Source: Hemiscyllium ocellatum (Eukaryota). Taken from it: a stretch of DNA of 64,000 nucleotides. The position numbers were made by a program, and so were the translations under genes. Position 1 is the first letter of the stretch; every line of letters starts with the position of its first letter. Positions 1 through 12,300 of the stretch are shown piece by piece. Location: positions 12,555,201 through 12,619,200 of the forward strand of contig NC_083435.1 in the NCBI RefSeq assembly GCF_020745735.1, given 5' to 3'. Under the pieces are notes generated by a model. That model was not told the origin of the DNA and ran no database searches. It saw only the letters and a list, made by a program, of their open reading frames with translations.

Positions 1-512
1 TTACTCCCGATGCAGACTCCTGTATATTGGGGAGACAGGACACCTACTCGCAGAGTGCTTCATAGAACATCTCTGGGACACCCACACCAAACCAACCCCA
101 CCGCTTCGAGGCTGAACACTTCAACTCCCCCTCCCACCCTCCCGGTGCCTGGAGGAAGAATACCTCATTTTCCACCTTGGGACCCTCTAACCCCATGACA
201 TCAATGTGGATTTCACCAGTTTCTTCTTTTCTCCTCCCCCCCTCCCCCACATTACCCCAATTCCAACCTTCCAGCTCAGCACCATCCTTATGACCTGTCC
301 CATCTGTCCACCTTCCTTCCCCCCTATCTGCACGACCCTCACCTCCGACCAATCTTTCAGTTACCTTACCCCCAGCCTCATCCCCTCCCATTTATCTGTC
401 CATCCCCTAGCCTCCCAGCCTCATTCCTGATGAAGGGCTTTTGTCCAAAACGTTGATTTTCCTACTCAGATGCTGCCTGACTTGCTATGCTTTTTCAGCA
501 CCACACACGTGA
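1..512 (+). mobile_element. Penelope-like element 3' fragment (family 1) with degenerate hammerhead
   Basis: GIY-YIG C-terminal remnant (LEEE.LIF.LGTL), C/T-rich UTR, and CTGATGAAGGGCTTTTGTCCAAAACGT about 427-453. Confidence 0.75.
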
Positions 513-599
513 CTATGGCGTCAGAGGGGGAGCACTTTGGGGCTTTTCCATATTAGTTATGGAAAAAGTATAGACGAGATCTAAAAGTTAAAGTTCTAA

Positions 600-1170
600 A
601 TTAGAGTTCGACCCATTTTGACAGTTTTAGGCAAGAATTTTCAAAAGTTGATTGAGAGAGGCTAGTCACAGGTCAAGGGACCGTTGGAAAGTGGGAGGCC
701 TTCAAAAATGAGACAACAAGAGTCCAGAGGCTACATGTTCCTGTTAGTGTGAAGGGAAAGGATAGTAAGTGTAGGGAATGCTGCATGACTGGAGATATTG
801 AGGAATCAGGCAAAAAAAAGGAGGCATATTGGCAAATACAGATTGCTGGGAAGGGGTGAATCTCTGGATGAGTATAAAGGCAATAGAATTATACTTGAGG
901 GGAATCAGGAGGGCAAAAAGAGGACAAGAGATAGCTTTGGAGGGTTTGAGGCTGTATGAAGGAGCTGACTAAACTGGGCCTATTTTTCCCTGGCAGGTTG
1001 AACACTGAGAGGTAACCGTATGGTGGTTTACAAAATCATGAGTGGCCTGGATAGAGTGAATAGCCATGGTCTGCTCACGAGGTAGAGAAGTCCAAAATCA
1101 GAGGGCATAAGTTTAAAGTGAGATGGAAAAGATTTAAAAGGGGTGAAAGGAGTAACTTTCTTACACAAGG
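600..1170 (+). mobile_element. CR1/HER1-like LINE fragments
   Basis: Similar to the ORF2 linker (KEAY..,..RGHEIAL) and 3' ORF2 segments of the longer copy at 41.5-44.5 kb. Confidence 0.7.
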
Positions 1171-1603
1171 TTCCATTGTACTCTTAGTGGAATCCTAGTA
1201 GACCAGATGGTACCAGCTAAACCAGATGACAGCATGTTTCCCTAGTAGGATGAGAGACACCAGCCCCATGTCCCAGTTGCTTGCCCTGACCTGAATCCCA
1301 CGGAACCAGTAGATGATACTTTGACCACCCTGGACGCAAGAAAGCCATGCTCCACTCGTGGGGTTTTCAGGAGTCGGCATAGCTCGAAGATTAACTGAAA
1401 CATTTGATCACACATTCCAATGAGGTGAATGAGGCTGACCAAGACTCTCCATGGCCCCAATTCCTCCTATTCGCAGCAACATTTCGTTTTGTCTTCCCGA
1501 CTTAATTAGCACAGCCTCCACAGTGTGAGGTAGCAGCTGCCAAGCCCTTTTAACCTCCCCATTCATACAGAGTGAAAGGAGGACCATAGATTGGCGCAAT
1601 AGC

Positions 1604-1838
1604 TCAGTGATTAGCACTGCCACCTCTCAGTAACAGGTAGCTGGGTTCGATTCTAGCCTCTGGCAACTGACAGTGTGGAGCCTGCACATTGCCCCCGTGT
1701 CTGATGGGTTTTCTCCCAGTCCGAAGATGTGCATCTAACAGTACGGGCATTAGGCAGGAGAATGGGTTACTCTTCAGAGGGTCAGTGTGAAAGTGTTGGC
1801 AGCAGGGCCTGTTTCCATACTGTAGGGAACCTAATCTA
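1604..1838 (+). mobile_element. HE1-like V-SINE, internally deleted
   Basis: tRNA-like head, V-domain, and gggcctgtttcca...ctaatcta tail. Confidence 0.75.
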
Positions 1839-1862
1839 AAAACAGAGTCCCAAATGTTTTTT

Positions 1863-2175
1863 GGGGGCGGCACAGTGGCACAGTAGTTAGCACTGCTGCC
1901 TCACAGCGCTCGAGACCCAGGTTCAATTCCCGCCTCAGGCGACTGACTGTGTGGAGTTTGCACGTTCTCCCAGTGTCTGCGTGGGTTTCCGCCGGGTGCT
2001 CCGGTTTCCTCCCACAGTCCAAAGATGTGGAGGTCAGGTGAATTGGCCATGCTAAGTTGCCCGTAGTGTTAGGGTTAAGAGGTAATGTAGGGGTATGGGT
2101 GGGTTGCGCTTCGGCGGGTCGGTGTGGACTTGTTGGGCCGAAGGGCCTGTTTCCACACTATAATCAATCTAATCA
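1863..2175 (+). mobile_element. HE1-like tRNA-derived V-SINE, full length
   Basis: A/B boxes (TGGCACAGTAG, GGTTCAATTCC), V-domain GTGTGGAGTTTGCACGTTCTCCC..GGTTTCCTCCCACAGTCCAAAGA, and CR1-type tail. Confidence 0.9.
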
Positions 2176-2580
2176 AAGTTGGCCCTAACTGTACATGCTT
2201 CTGTATGAGAGGCACCACAGACCAAATACAGATGCATGGCCACAAGCACGCTCCCAGCTCCAAACTCAGACCAGTATTTTTGCTTGACATAAATGAGACG
2301 TGAAAAGAGGAAAATGGAAAAAAAATCTTTCGAGGAAAATTCAGCAAGACAACAGCAAGGCAGCACTGAAATATGGCTAATAGAGATCTCCACCAGTGGG
2401 GGAGGGCAAGGGGAATATGTTTAAAACCATACAGAGATGTTATCTAAGAATAAAAACAGATGCCACCGAGATTTCCCTTCAGGATAAACTATCAGCTTAG
2501 AAGACATTTTGAAGACCTAGCTCATGGAATGCATTGCCAGCATCAATTCACGAATGACACTGAATAATCAAGAATTTTTT

Positions 2581-2897
2581 TTAGATTAGATTTCCTAGAG
2601 TGTGGAAATAGGCCCTTTGATCCAACAAGTCCATACTGACCCTCTGAAGAGTAACCCAATTCCCCCCCCCACCCCCGACTAATGCTCCTAACAACTATGA
2701 ACAATTTAGCATGGCTAATTCACCTGGCCTGCACATCTTTGGTATGTGGGGGAAAACCACAGTACCCAGAGGAAACCCATGCAGACGTGGGGAGAATGTG
2801 CAAACTCCACACAGACAGTCCCCAAGGCTGGATTGAACCTGGGACGCTGGTGCTGTGAGGCAACAGTGCTAACCACTGAGACACCGCACCGTCCCAC
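2581..2897 (-). mobile_element. HE1-like V-SINE
   Basis: Reverse complement of the 1863 element. Confidence 0.85.
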
Positions 2898-4437
2898 ACC
2901 TGGGTTCCATGTGTTTCACCCCAACAGACATAGGCAAATTAAAATTCATCCAGTGGAAGAACGAACTACTTCAGAGACTATGTGGGGAGATAATGTTCAA
3001 CCAATGCTTTCCACACATAGAATAAAGAATCCATTGAACACAGATGTAAATATTCACTTTGTATTTTGATACTTGAAAACTGGTACAAACCTGTTTTTAT
3101 TTTTGATTTTACAATGTTTGAGATTTGTATTGCATTCCAGATAAGGTTTAAGACATTTTTTGTCTTGACTCCTGTTATATTTAAGTTCTCTGTGTACGAA
3201 TTTAAAGTTAAGAAGCAATTTTTTTAAACAGTACTTAATTAAGAATGTTTTTATCACGTAAGGGTTAGGGATTTTGTTCTGATTGTCTGAGACTCAGATA
3301 CTAGGCTGTGAAGGGATATTGACTTGCATTGCATTATCCTATTCGCTGAGGCTCATAGGATCAAGAAGAGGGATTGTGGCCAGTGGCCAACAGCCTAAAT
3401 AACTCTGCCCAACACAAAATTGGCTAAATACTTTCTGCAAGTCAGGCTTGATGGAATGCAAAGATGCCAAGTTTTCTACTATTCAACAGCAAACAAGGAC
3501 AATCCCAGATTTGTCTTGCACATTGAACTGGAGTGTTGGAAACTCATTAAAAAATACTTAGTTCTTTGTTTGGCTCACATAGTAATAGCACTTGGATGAA
3601 CATGTTTTATGAATAATAAACTGGTCTAAGTGTTTGTGTAGAATATTTCATAGGCAACAGTATTTAAAGTCATAAAACACCACAGAAGAATTGCGAAACA
3701 AAACAGAATGCTGAACTATATAGGGTCAAAATACATATGTATACATATATTAGTTGGAGTACATGGTAATTCTATTTCAGAAGGTACACTTTCCAATTAA
3801 GCATCTATCCTAATACAAAACTATAAAGAATATTCTGGTCAACCCCCAAATACACTCACAACATGAACACAAACAAATATATCTCACTTATCTGCTTGCA
3901 GTGGTTGTGTTTATATTGGGAAGTAGTGCCAGAATTACTGAGCACTGCTTGGTGTGTTTATGTACAAATATGAGGTCCAGGTTGGCTTGCTGCTGAGACA
4001 CAGTTTCAGAATAACAGTTGGGGTGCAGAAATGGATCTTAGAATTTGCACAAAAACTAGAGAAAGTATGAGGAGGAAGTTACACACCGTAACTTATTATC
4101 AAGAAGGAAAGGTGAGGGCAATTATTTCAACTTTCAAATGAGTTGTGAATGAAAACTTCAAGGTTAACACTATTTGCGAACCAGAGGAGAAGAGTGAGAG
4201 AATGGGACTGCAAATTATCTTTTCAAAGTGCTGGGCAGTCAAATGGGCTGAATGGCCTCCTTCTGTGTTATTTTGTGCTATGATTCCACAGAGATTGTCA
4301 TCTCAAATCAGGAGGGCCTTCTCAAGTTTCTACACAAGGTGATGATGGATGTAGAGCCTGTTCCAAACAAATATTCTTCTTGAATAAGTGCTTGTATGCC
4401 TGGAGTCGATAATCATGGAGAGTGCTTTTGTAAGTGT

Positions 4438-4829
4438 TGTAGGGAGAAATATCAAAGAGTAATCTTAAGGTCTATGTTTCTTAGCACAAGCTATCTTTAT
4501 TCAGAGCTCTATTGCCACATATGTGGGAGAGGCCAGAGACCACCCTGAATCTGGCTTTCACGTGGAGCTCAGATGCCCTCTGAATTACAGTTCAGATCGG
4601 AAGTCAATTATGCTTTGCATTCTCCAGTGAAATACAACATTTTTATACCTTCCCATTACAATAATTACATGCAACATTGACATCATTGTTCGCCACATCC
4701 CCCTAATATATACATCCAATCCACTGCATACATGATCAATGATTGGCAACTCCATGGACAGCCCTAGGTCCTCCCATAATCTCATGATGTTAACCAGATA
4801 CTTCCATCATCTGTCTTTGGGATCTTACA
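4438..4829 (-). mobile_element. Possible solo LTR
   Basis: TGTA...TACA ends; on the minus strand CCAAT (4742-4746), TATAAAA (4641-4647) and AATAAA (4496-4501) occur in LTR order. No clean TSD. Confidence 0.35.
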
Positions 4830-6262
4830 ATGTTTCTGATAGCTTTACGTCTTCCCAAACATTTTTCAGCTGTACCGCATTATTTACCCATTAGCTAAAT
4901 AGTTCCTTTTCACTAAGAACTCTTCCAAATTCTATGCTAATTTTAATGTCACAAATCTCTACCAATTATTATAATGTCTTTAAAAACAAATCTAATATGA
5001 ACTTACTGTGTCATCGCTGACAAATTGAGACAACCTCTCTCTAACTTCAGCCTGAGAGATTAAACAAATAACTTGCAATTTATGACCCCAGCTATTTGCA
5101 TGCTATAAGTGATTTTTAAATTAAAGTTTCACTTTAAAATAAATCCTTTTTATTTCTACTCGAAACACTTTCCATTGCTAATTATATTTTCTTAATAAAA
5201 GTAATTTATTTGAATTCCACTGATGATAGTGAACTTCAATTACTTATGACTTTATCAATCTATTAAGCAAAACTTGTTTAGATTCAACAACCAATTAGAG
5301 AACATAACTACATCTTCATTCTATATTTTGTAATCTATCTCTATCACCCTTCCTTTGATCTTTGGATGCAAGAAGTTGTTGAATTATTTACCCCAGTTGT
5401 GATCTATCTTTTTAAAATCATTCTCTGCCCTCCTCCTGTGCCAATGGTGTTTTTTGGAGCTCTTGTTCAGAGTATTTATCACTTTATCTTCCCAAATAAC
5501 ACAATAACTCTCTTTACTGCCATTGAATCATTTGCTAAAGGAATGCAACTAACCTTTTCACATTAGTTTGGTGTCTGCCTTTCTAATTCTACAATCACCT
5601 AAAAAATTCAGAATACAGTAGGATCATAATTTTTTTTCTACTTCTTACTATACAACATGCTTGGGAGTGTGGGTAAACAAGACCTTTCAAAAATGCTCCT
5701 TATTAAAATGTTTGTATGTTTAGGACTGTCTGTTGACAGAAACCTGATTAACTTCCCTTATGTTTCTTTCAATGGAGAATTTCACCTTATCCAGTATATC
5801 TATATGGAGACTACCGACCTAGCTGTGAACATCTGCTGTATGGAACTGTCGAACCCTTTTGACGATCTTGTGTTAGCTAAAAAAAGCCCCATGCGGCCAT
5901 TTTGTCTGCCGTAGATCATGGGCTGCTACAACAGTAAGGATGTAGAGCATTGAGTAAAGACAAAATGAAACAAACTTTGTTTTTGATTTATGTCTAAAGT
6001 CTGATGGCGAACCTAATTGCATTGTTTAAAATGATATGCAGCTTCTATTGTCTAGCACTCGCAACAGTGACGTGCACTGAAACATCCAACCATGGAGTAA
6101 CATTACAGGCAGGAAGGTCCCCGGGTTCCGGCAGCTCACATTGTACCCAGTAAGTCCCTCTCTACAATTGAGCTTCTATTTGTTTCTTCTCCCCTCCTAC
6201 TTCTCTCCCCCAGCCCTACACAGCTCCTTGCTGATCTTTCAGTTCCTAGTTCCAATACAGAG

Positions 6263-6268
6263 TTTATT
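6263..6268 (-). terminator. Candidate poly(A) signal of TRIM-A
   Basis: AATAAA on the minus strand about 110 nt after the stop codon. Confidence 0.45.
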
Positions 6269-6377
6269 CCCGGAATGTTAACCTGGCTTCTCTCTCCACC
6301 TGTCACTGAGACCCGCACCCATCAGGTTACAGCTGGCAGGAGGCAAGAGGATGGGGTCAGATTATCAGGTGGATCTG

Positions 6378-9300
6378 TCAGTGCCCTTTAATTCCACAGA
6401 TTGTCAGCGGGGCGGAGTTTTTCCTGTCATCATTTGATCCCAAATGAAAGAAGGGAAAGAGCCTCTCAGTGAAAGTGTGGGTGAAAGTGTGGAGATGGGT
6501 CATGGTGTCCGCATTGTAAAATGACACCTGTCCACCCTCATAGTCCAGGAAAACCCCGATCTTCCAGGGATTCACGCTTGTGCTCAGGCGGATCCATGAG
6601 GGGCAAGTGCCGGCTAAATAACCACTCCCAGGAATCAGCCACACAACCCAATATCCTGTCTCCGGTCTTGGGTCAATACCCCCCTTCCTCTCCACAGACT
6701 CTCGGGCCACCCCCAAGCCCCACTCAGTCTTCTCCCCCACCTCCACCTCCCAGTAATGTCTCCCTGATGTGAATCCCTCCAATCCAAGGACACAAGTACA
6801 CTGATCAAACTGTGTCACTTTTCTCGGACGTTCAGTTGGCTCGTCTCCGAGTTGCGCACTGGTTCGGTCCTGGGACAGGACTAGGCAGGGATTTGCAGTG
6901 TTTGGATCCAGAGTCAGAGAGGCTGGAACTGTGGGAAAGTTAAATTAACAAAATTAGTCATTAAGGGAAAGAAGGGAAAAGGTACAAGGTGGGTGGGTAA
7001 AATTCAGTTAGATGGAGGGATGGCTGGAAAAGGGAGGGAGGAGACAACAGAAGCTTGAAGTATAGAAGAGGGACTGCAGAATGAAAGAAATGAAAAAGAA
7101 AAGATGGGGGTGGATGAGGGTTGTCATGGTGCATAGGAGGTGGGAAAAGAGAAAGAGGTAGAGGGGAAAGGGCACATGATGAGGAACAGGGAAGAGGAGA
7201 GGAAAAAAATGAATGAAAGGGAGGGAGAGAAAGCAAATCCTGTCAGAGAGTCAGAATGTGGAAATTATAGAAAGGGAAGTGGTGGGATTAATTCAAATTC
7301 ACACTTCAGTGTGAGCTTTATTTCAATTAATTACACACCTTCATACTCACATCTACTGATTAATAGCTTCCCATGTTTATATTAACAATTCATCCCAATC
7401 AACCCTTTGTTAATATATTCATCATTTGGTTCCTCATTCCGTTCAGCCTCAGGTATCCCTTCAGAACTTGTTAGATGATAACAGATACCCTTTCTTTAGA
7501 AATAAGTCAACACGTAACAATAAAAAGACATAAAATGAAATAAACAAAATCCTCTTTTCTCTTTCTTTCTTTAAAGTTCCAAGGATATTCTTCAGTTTCT
7601 GAGAACTTCTCCCATTCTTTGATTCCTGAACGCTGCTATCCCCCCCCTCCCATTTCAATGTAGACATTTCTCCATCAACTAGCATTTGTTTTTAAACTGC
7701 AGTTTTGATCCTCAGTCTTTTCTCACTCATACATTTTGTTAAGTGTACATTATCTCATAGAATCTTATTATCTATGGTAGGACTCAATGGGCATTGCTGT
7801 TGTGTCATCTTTTGGAATTTGTTTGCAATAATTTTACTTAGAAAACTTCCATTATACCACTTCACCAAGAACAGTTTCTGCCACTAAGGTACTTTTACTA
7901 CTCCACTGACCTTTTAAGCTTCTCATCCTAAAGGGCAACATTTACCTCCATTCCCAACAAGCAAAATTATAAACTGTCCTGAACTTGAGAACTCAAAGAG
8001 ATTTGCATTAGAAGTTCCACTGAAATCAAATATTTCTATTTCCTAACATCTCCTTATGATGTAGAATTCAAAATACATGTTTCATACAGTTGATATTGTA
8101 TGGGTGACTATGGGCCTGTGGCTAATAGAGTTGAAGCCTACAATGCATGATGGGAAATTATATTAACCTTACATAAAACACCAGAAAGGAAGAATTAAAA
8201 TCAGACGACTAACCACTGAGGCAAATGGCTGATGCTAAAGGTTATTCAACTGCTGCAAAATGGATAAAATAAGATTTTTAAGAAAAACCATGGAAACACA
8301 TGTCTCCTGTTTGCACAGCTGTTGGAGAAATTAGCTCAGAACTCTGAGGGTCTTGGGCAAGGGTGCAGGACATTGAATAGGCTAGAAAACTGGGAAAAAA
8401 GTGTTATGAAAGAAGAAGTATCGAAGACATCAGCAGCGACAACTTGAGACCAACCATCGCCAAGAGAGGGCACTAAGTTTAGAACTCAGAGAATAGACGT
8501 ATCAGAACAAAGCTGGCCAGATTCTCATGAACTGGTAATATCTAGATTCTTGTAAAACAGATAATTTATTGATAGTGTGTTAATAAGAACTAAAGAGTTG
8601 CTAATAAAGAGGAAATTGCATTATATTCTAATTTGGCTATCTGTCCTTCATCATGAAATTTGAGATTCTAGTGAATAAATGATCAGCACAATGGAGAGGT
8701 TATATTCCATCTGCAAATGTGTTGCTGGTCAAAGCACAGCAGGTTAGGCAGCATCTCAGGAATAGAGAATTCGACGTTTCGAGCATAAGCCCTTCACTTA
8801 TGCTCGAAACGTCGAATTCTCTATTCCTGAGATGCTGCCTAACCTGCTGTGCTTTGACCAGCAACACATTTGCAGCTGTGATCTCCAGCATCTGCAGACC
8901 TCATTTTTTACTCGAAGGTTATATTCCATGAAAGGAATTCAATAATATTCTGTTGAAGAGTCATCTAAACTCACAATGTTGCTCTCTTTTCTCTGAGCTG
9001 GGGGAGTCCAAAACTAGAGGATATAGGTTTAGGATAAGAAGGGGAAAATTTATAACGGTCCTAAGGTGCAACTTTTTCATGCAGAGGGTGGTGCAAGTAT
9101 GGAATGAGCTGTTAGAGGAAGTGGTGGAGACTGCTAAAATTGCAACATTTAAAAGACATTTGGATGGGTATAGGAGTCGGAAGGGTTTAGAGGGATATGG
9201 GCCAAGTGCTAGCAAATAGGACTAGATTAATGTAGAATATCTGTTCAGCATGGGCGAGTGGGACCACTGGGTCTGTTACCATGCTCTACATCTCTATGAC

Positions 9301-12300
9301 TCTATAACTCTCCATGAATGCTGCCTGACCCACTGTGATCTCCAGCACTTCTTGTTTTCATTGCAGATTCCAGCATCTGCAGTAATTGGCTACTGCAATA
9401 GTGTCCATACTACGTAAGTTGCAAATTCACAAATTATCCAAATGCAACAATTTTATTGTTCACTATATTGTGTCATCAGTGCTTTCTTCATCATTGATAT
9501 CAATTGATTTCAATGACACTGCATTTATGCTAATAAATCAATTGATTTCACAAATTTTAAAATGAGTGACCCCTGTTTTAGAAAGATTTTAATACTATTT
9601 TGCACAATTTCATCTGTCAAGACAACCTCATTGGGTCATAGAGTTGAACAGCAAGGAAACAGACCCTTCATTACAACTTGTCCATGCCAACCAGATATCC
9701 TAAATTAATCTAGTAATATTTGCCAGCATTTGGCCCATATCCCTCTAAACCCTTCCTTTTCATGTACCCATCCAGATGCCCTTTTAATGTTGTAATTGTA
9801 CCAGCTTCCACCACTTCCTCTGGCAGCTCATTCCATACATGCACCACCCTCAGTGTAAAAACATTGTCCCTTAGATCTCTTTTGTATCTTTTTCCTCTCA
9901 CATAAACCTATGACCTCTAATTTTGAATGCCTTTACAGAGGCGGATGTTGCAATTTTAATTCAATAAAAATCTGGGATTAAGAGTTTAATGATGATTGTG
10001 AATCCATTGTCAATTATCGGAAAAACCCATCTAGTTCATTAATACCGTTTAGGGAAGGAAATCTGTCATCCTTATCTGGTCTGTCCTACATGTGATTTCA
10101 GACTCACAGCAATGTGGTTGACTCTCAACTGCTTTCTGGGCAGTTAGAGTGGGCAATAAATGATGGGCTCACCAGCTATTCCCTCATCTCATAAATAAAC
10201 AAAAAAGTTGAAATCCCCGACCATTACTACCCTTTCATTCTTGAGATATATGAGATCTCCTTATAAAAGTGCTTCTCAATTTTCTGCTCACTATTGAGGG
10301 GACTGTAGCACAATCTCAATAAAGAGATCATCCTTTTTCTTAATTCTCAGTTCCATCCAATAACTTCACTGGATGTACTTTCAGGAGTATCCTCCTTAAG
10401 TTAAATTTTCCAGAGTTGTTAGGTGCATTAGTCAGAGTGGAGTGGGTTACTCTTCAGAGGGTCGGTGTGGACTTGTTGGGCTGAAGGACCTGTTTCCACA
10501 ATGAGGGAACTGAATCTAATCTAAGTACTGCTGCAGTGTCATCACTAACCAAAAAAGTAACTTCCTCTCCTGTCTTGTTCCATTTTCTATCCTTCCCATA
10601 GTATCTATATCCTTAAGCTAGTCCTATCATTCTCTGAGCCACATTTCTGCAATAGTTATGATATCCCAGTTCTATGTTCCCAACATTCCCTGAGTTCATC
10701 TGTCTTAGCTGTCAGACTACTTGCATTGAAATATTTGCACTTCCTAATTTATCAGTCTTCCCTTGTCTTCTGTCTTGCGCTTGCCTACCTTTACTACTTG
10801 ACATGTTCCTCCTTTCAGCTGTACAAGCCTCAGACTTATTTCTTTCTTATGACCTCTTTGGACTCCAACCCAACCTAAACCTTCCACCCTACCGACCTTC
10901 ACATAAACTGCATCATCCGTCGACATTTCAGCCACCTCCAAATGGACCCCACCACCAGGGATCTATTTCCCTCCCCACACCTTTCCGCTTTCCGCAAAGA
11001 CCATTCCCTCCGTGACTACCTGGTCAGGTTCACGCCCCCAACAACCCACCTTCCCATCCTGGCACCTTCCCCTGCCACTGCAGGAATTGCAAAACCTGTG
11101 CCCACACCTCCGTCCTCACCTCCATCCAAGGCCCCAAAGGAGCCTTCTACATCCATCAAAGTTTCACCTGCACATCCACCAATGTCATTTATTGTATCCG
11201 TTGCTCACGATGCGGTCTCCTCTACATTGGGAAAACTGGATGCCATCACACAGAGCACTTTAGGGAACATCTCAGGGACATCTGCACCAATCAACCCCAC
11301 CATCCCGTGGCCCATAATTTCAACTCCCCCTCACACTCTGCCAAGGACATGCAGGTCCTGGGTCTCCTCCACTGCCACTCCCTCACCATCTGACACCTAG
11401 GGGAAGAAAGCCTCATCTTCCGCCTTGGAACACTTCAACCCCAGGGCATCAAAGTGAACTTCACTAGTTTCCTCATTTCCCCTCCCCTCTCTTTACCCAG
11501 TTCCAACCTTCCAGCTCAGCACCATCCTCATGACCTGTCCTACTTGCCAATTGTCCTTCCCACCTATTCGCTCCACCCTTCTCTCTGACCTATCAGCTTC
11601 ATCCCCACCCCCATCCACCAACTATACTCATTTCTACCTTCTCCCCAGCCCCACTCCCCTCCCATTTATCTCTCCACCCTGGAGGCTCCCTGCCTCTATT
11701 CCTGATGAAGGGCTTTTGCCCAAAATGTCGATTTTCCTGCACCTCGGATGCTGCCTGCTGTGCTTTTCCAGCACCACTCTAATCTAGACTGATTTCCAGC
11801 ATCTGCAGTATTCAATTTTGCCATATAGTCATCTGCTCTATCCTCCTATTCCTACTCTCACTAGCACGTAGTACTGGGCAAAATTCTTGTATTACTACCC
11901 TCAAGGGCCTGCTTTTTGACCTCCTGCTTCATTTCCTTCAGTCTCCCTTCAGAACCTTATCTCTTTCTCATCCTATGTTGTTTGTACAGATGTTTCTACA
12001 ACAATCCTCATGCTAGTCAGTCTCCGCTTTGAGAATATTCTGCATCTTCTCCAAGATATCTTTGACCCTGACACCAGGGTGGGAACTATTACTCCTGATG
12101 TCTCCCTATCAGCTGCAGAAAAATTTATCTGTGCCTGACTAGAGAGTCCCTATGACAATCAATCGCATGAAACCTGACATACTACTCATTATGGCAGAAC
12201 CAGTTTCAATACCAGAAACCTGGCTGCTAGTACTACATTCCTATGACAGTTCATCACCCCTTATCGTTTCCAAAGCAAAATACTTGTTAGAGAACAGATA

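Noticed and set aside
1863-1940. tRNA-like A/B boxes here and at about 13130, 23370 and 60165
   Set aside because: These are SINE heads that continue into SINE bodies; I could not fold a complete cloverleaf, so no tRNA gene is called.
8700-8931. Mirror-image ORFs on both strands
   Set aside because: Consequence of the perfect palindrome, not coding.
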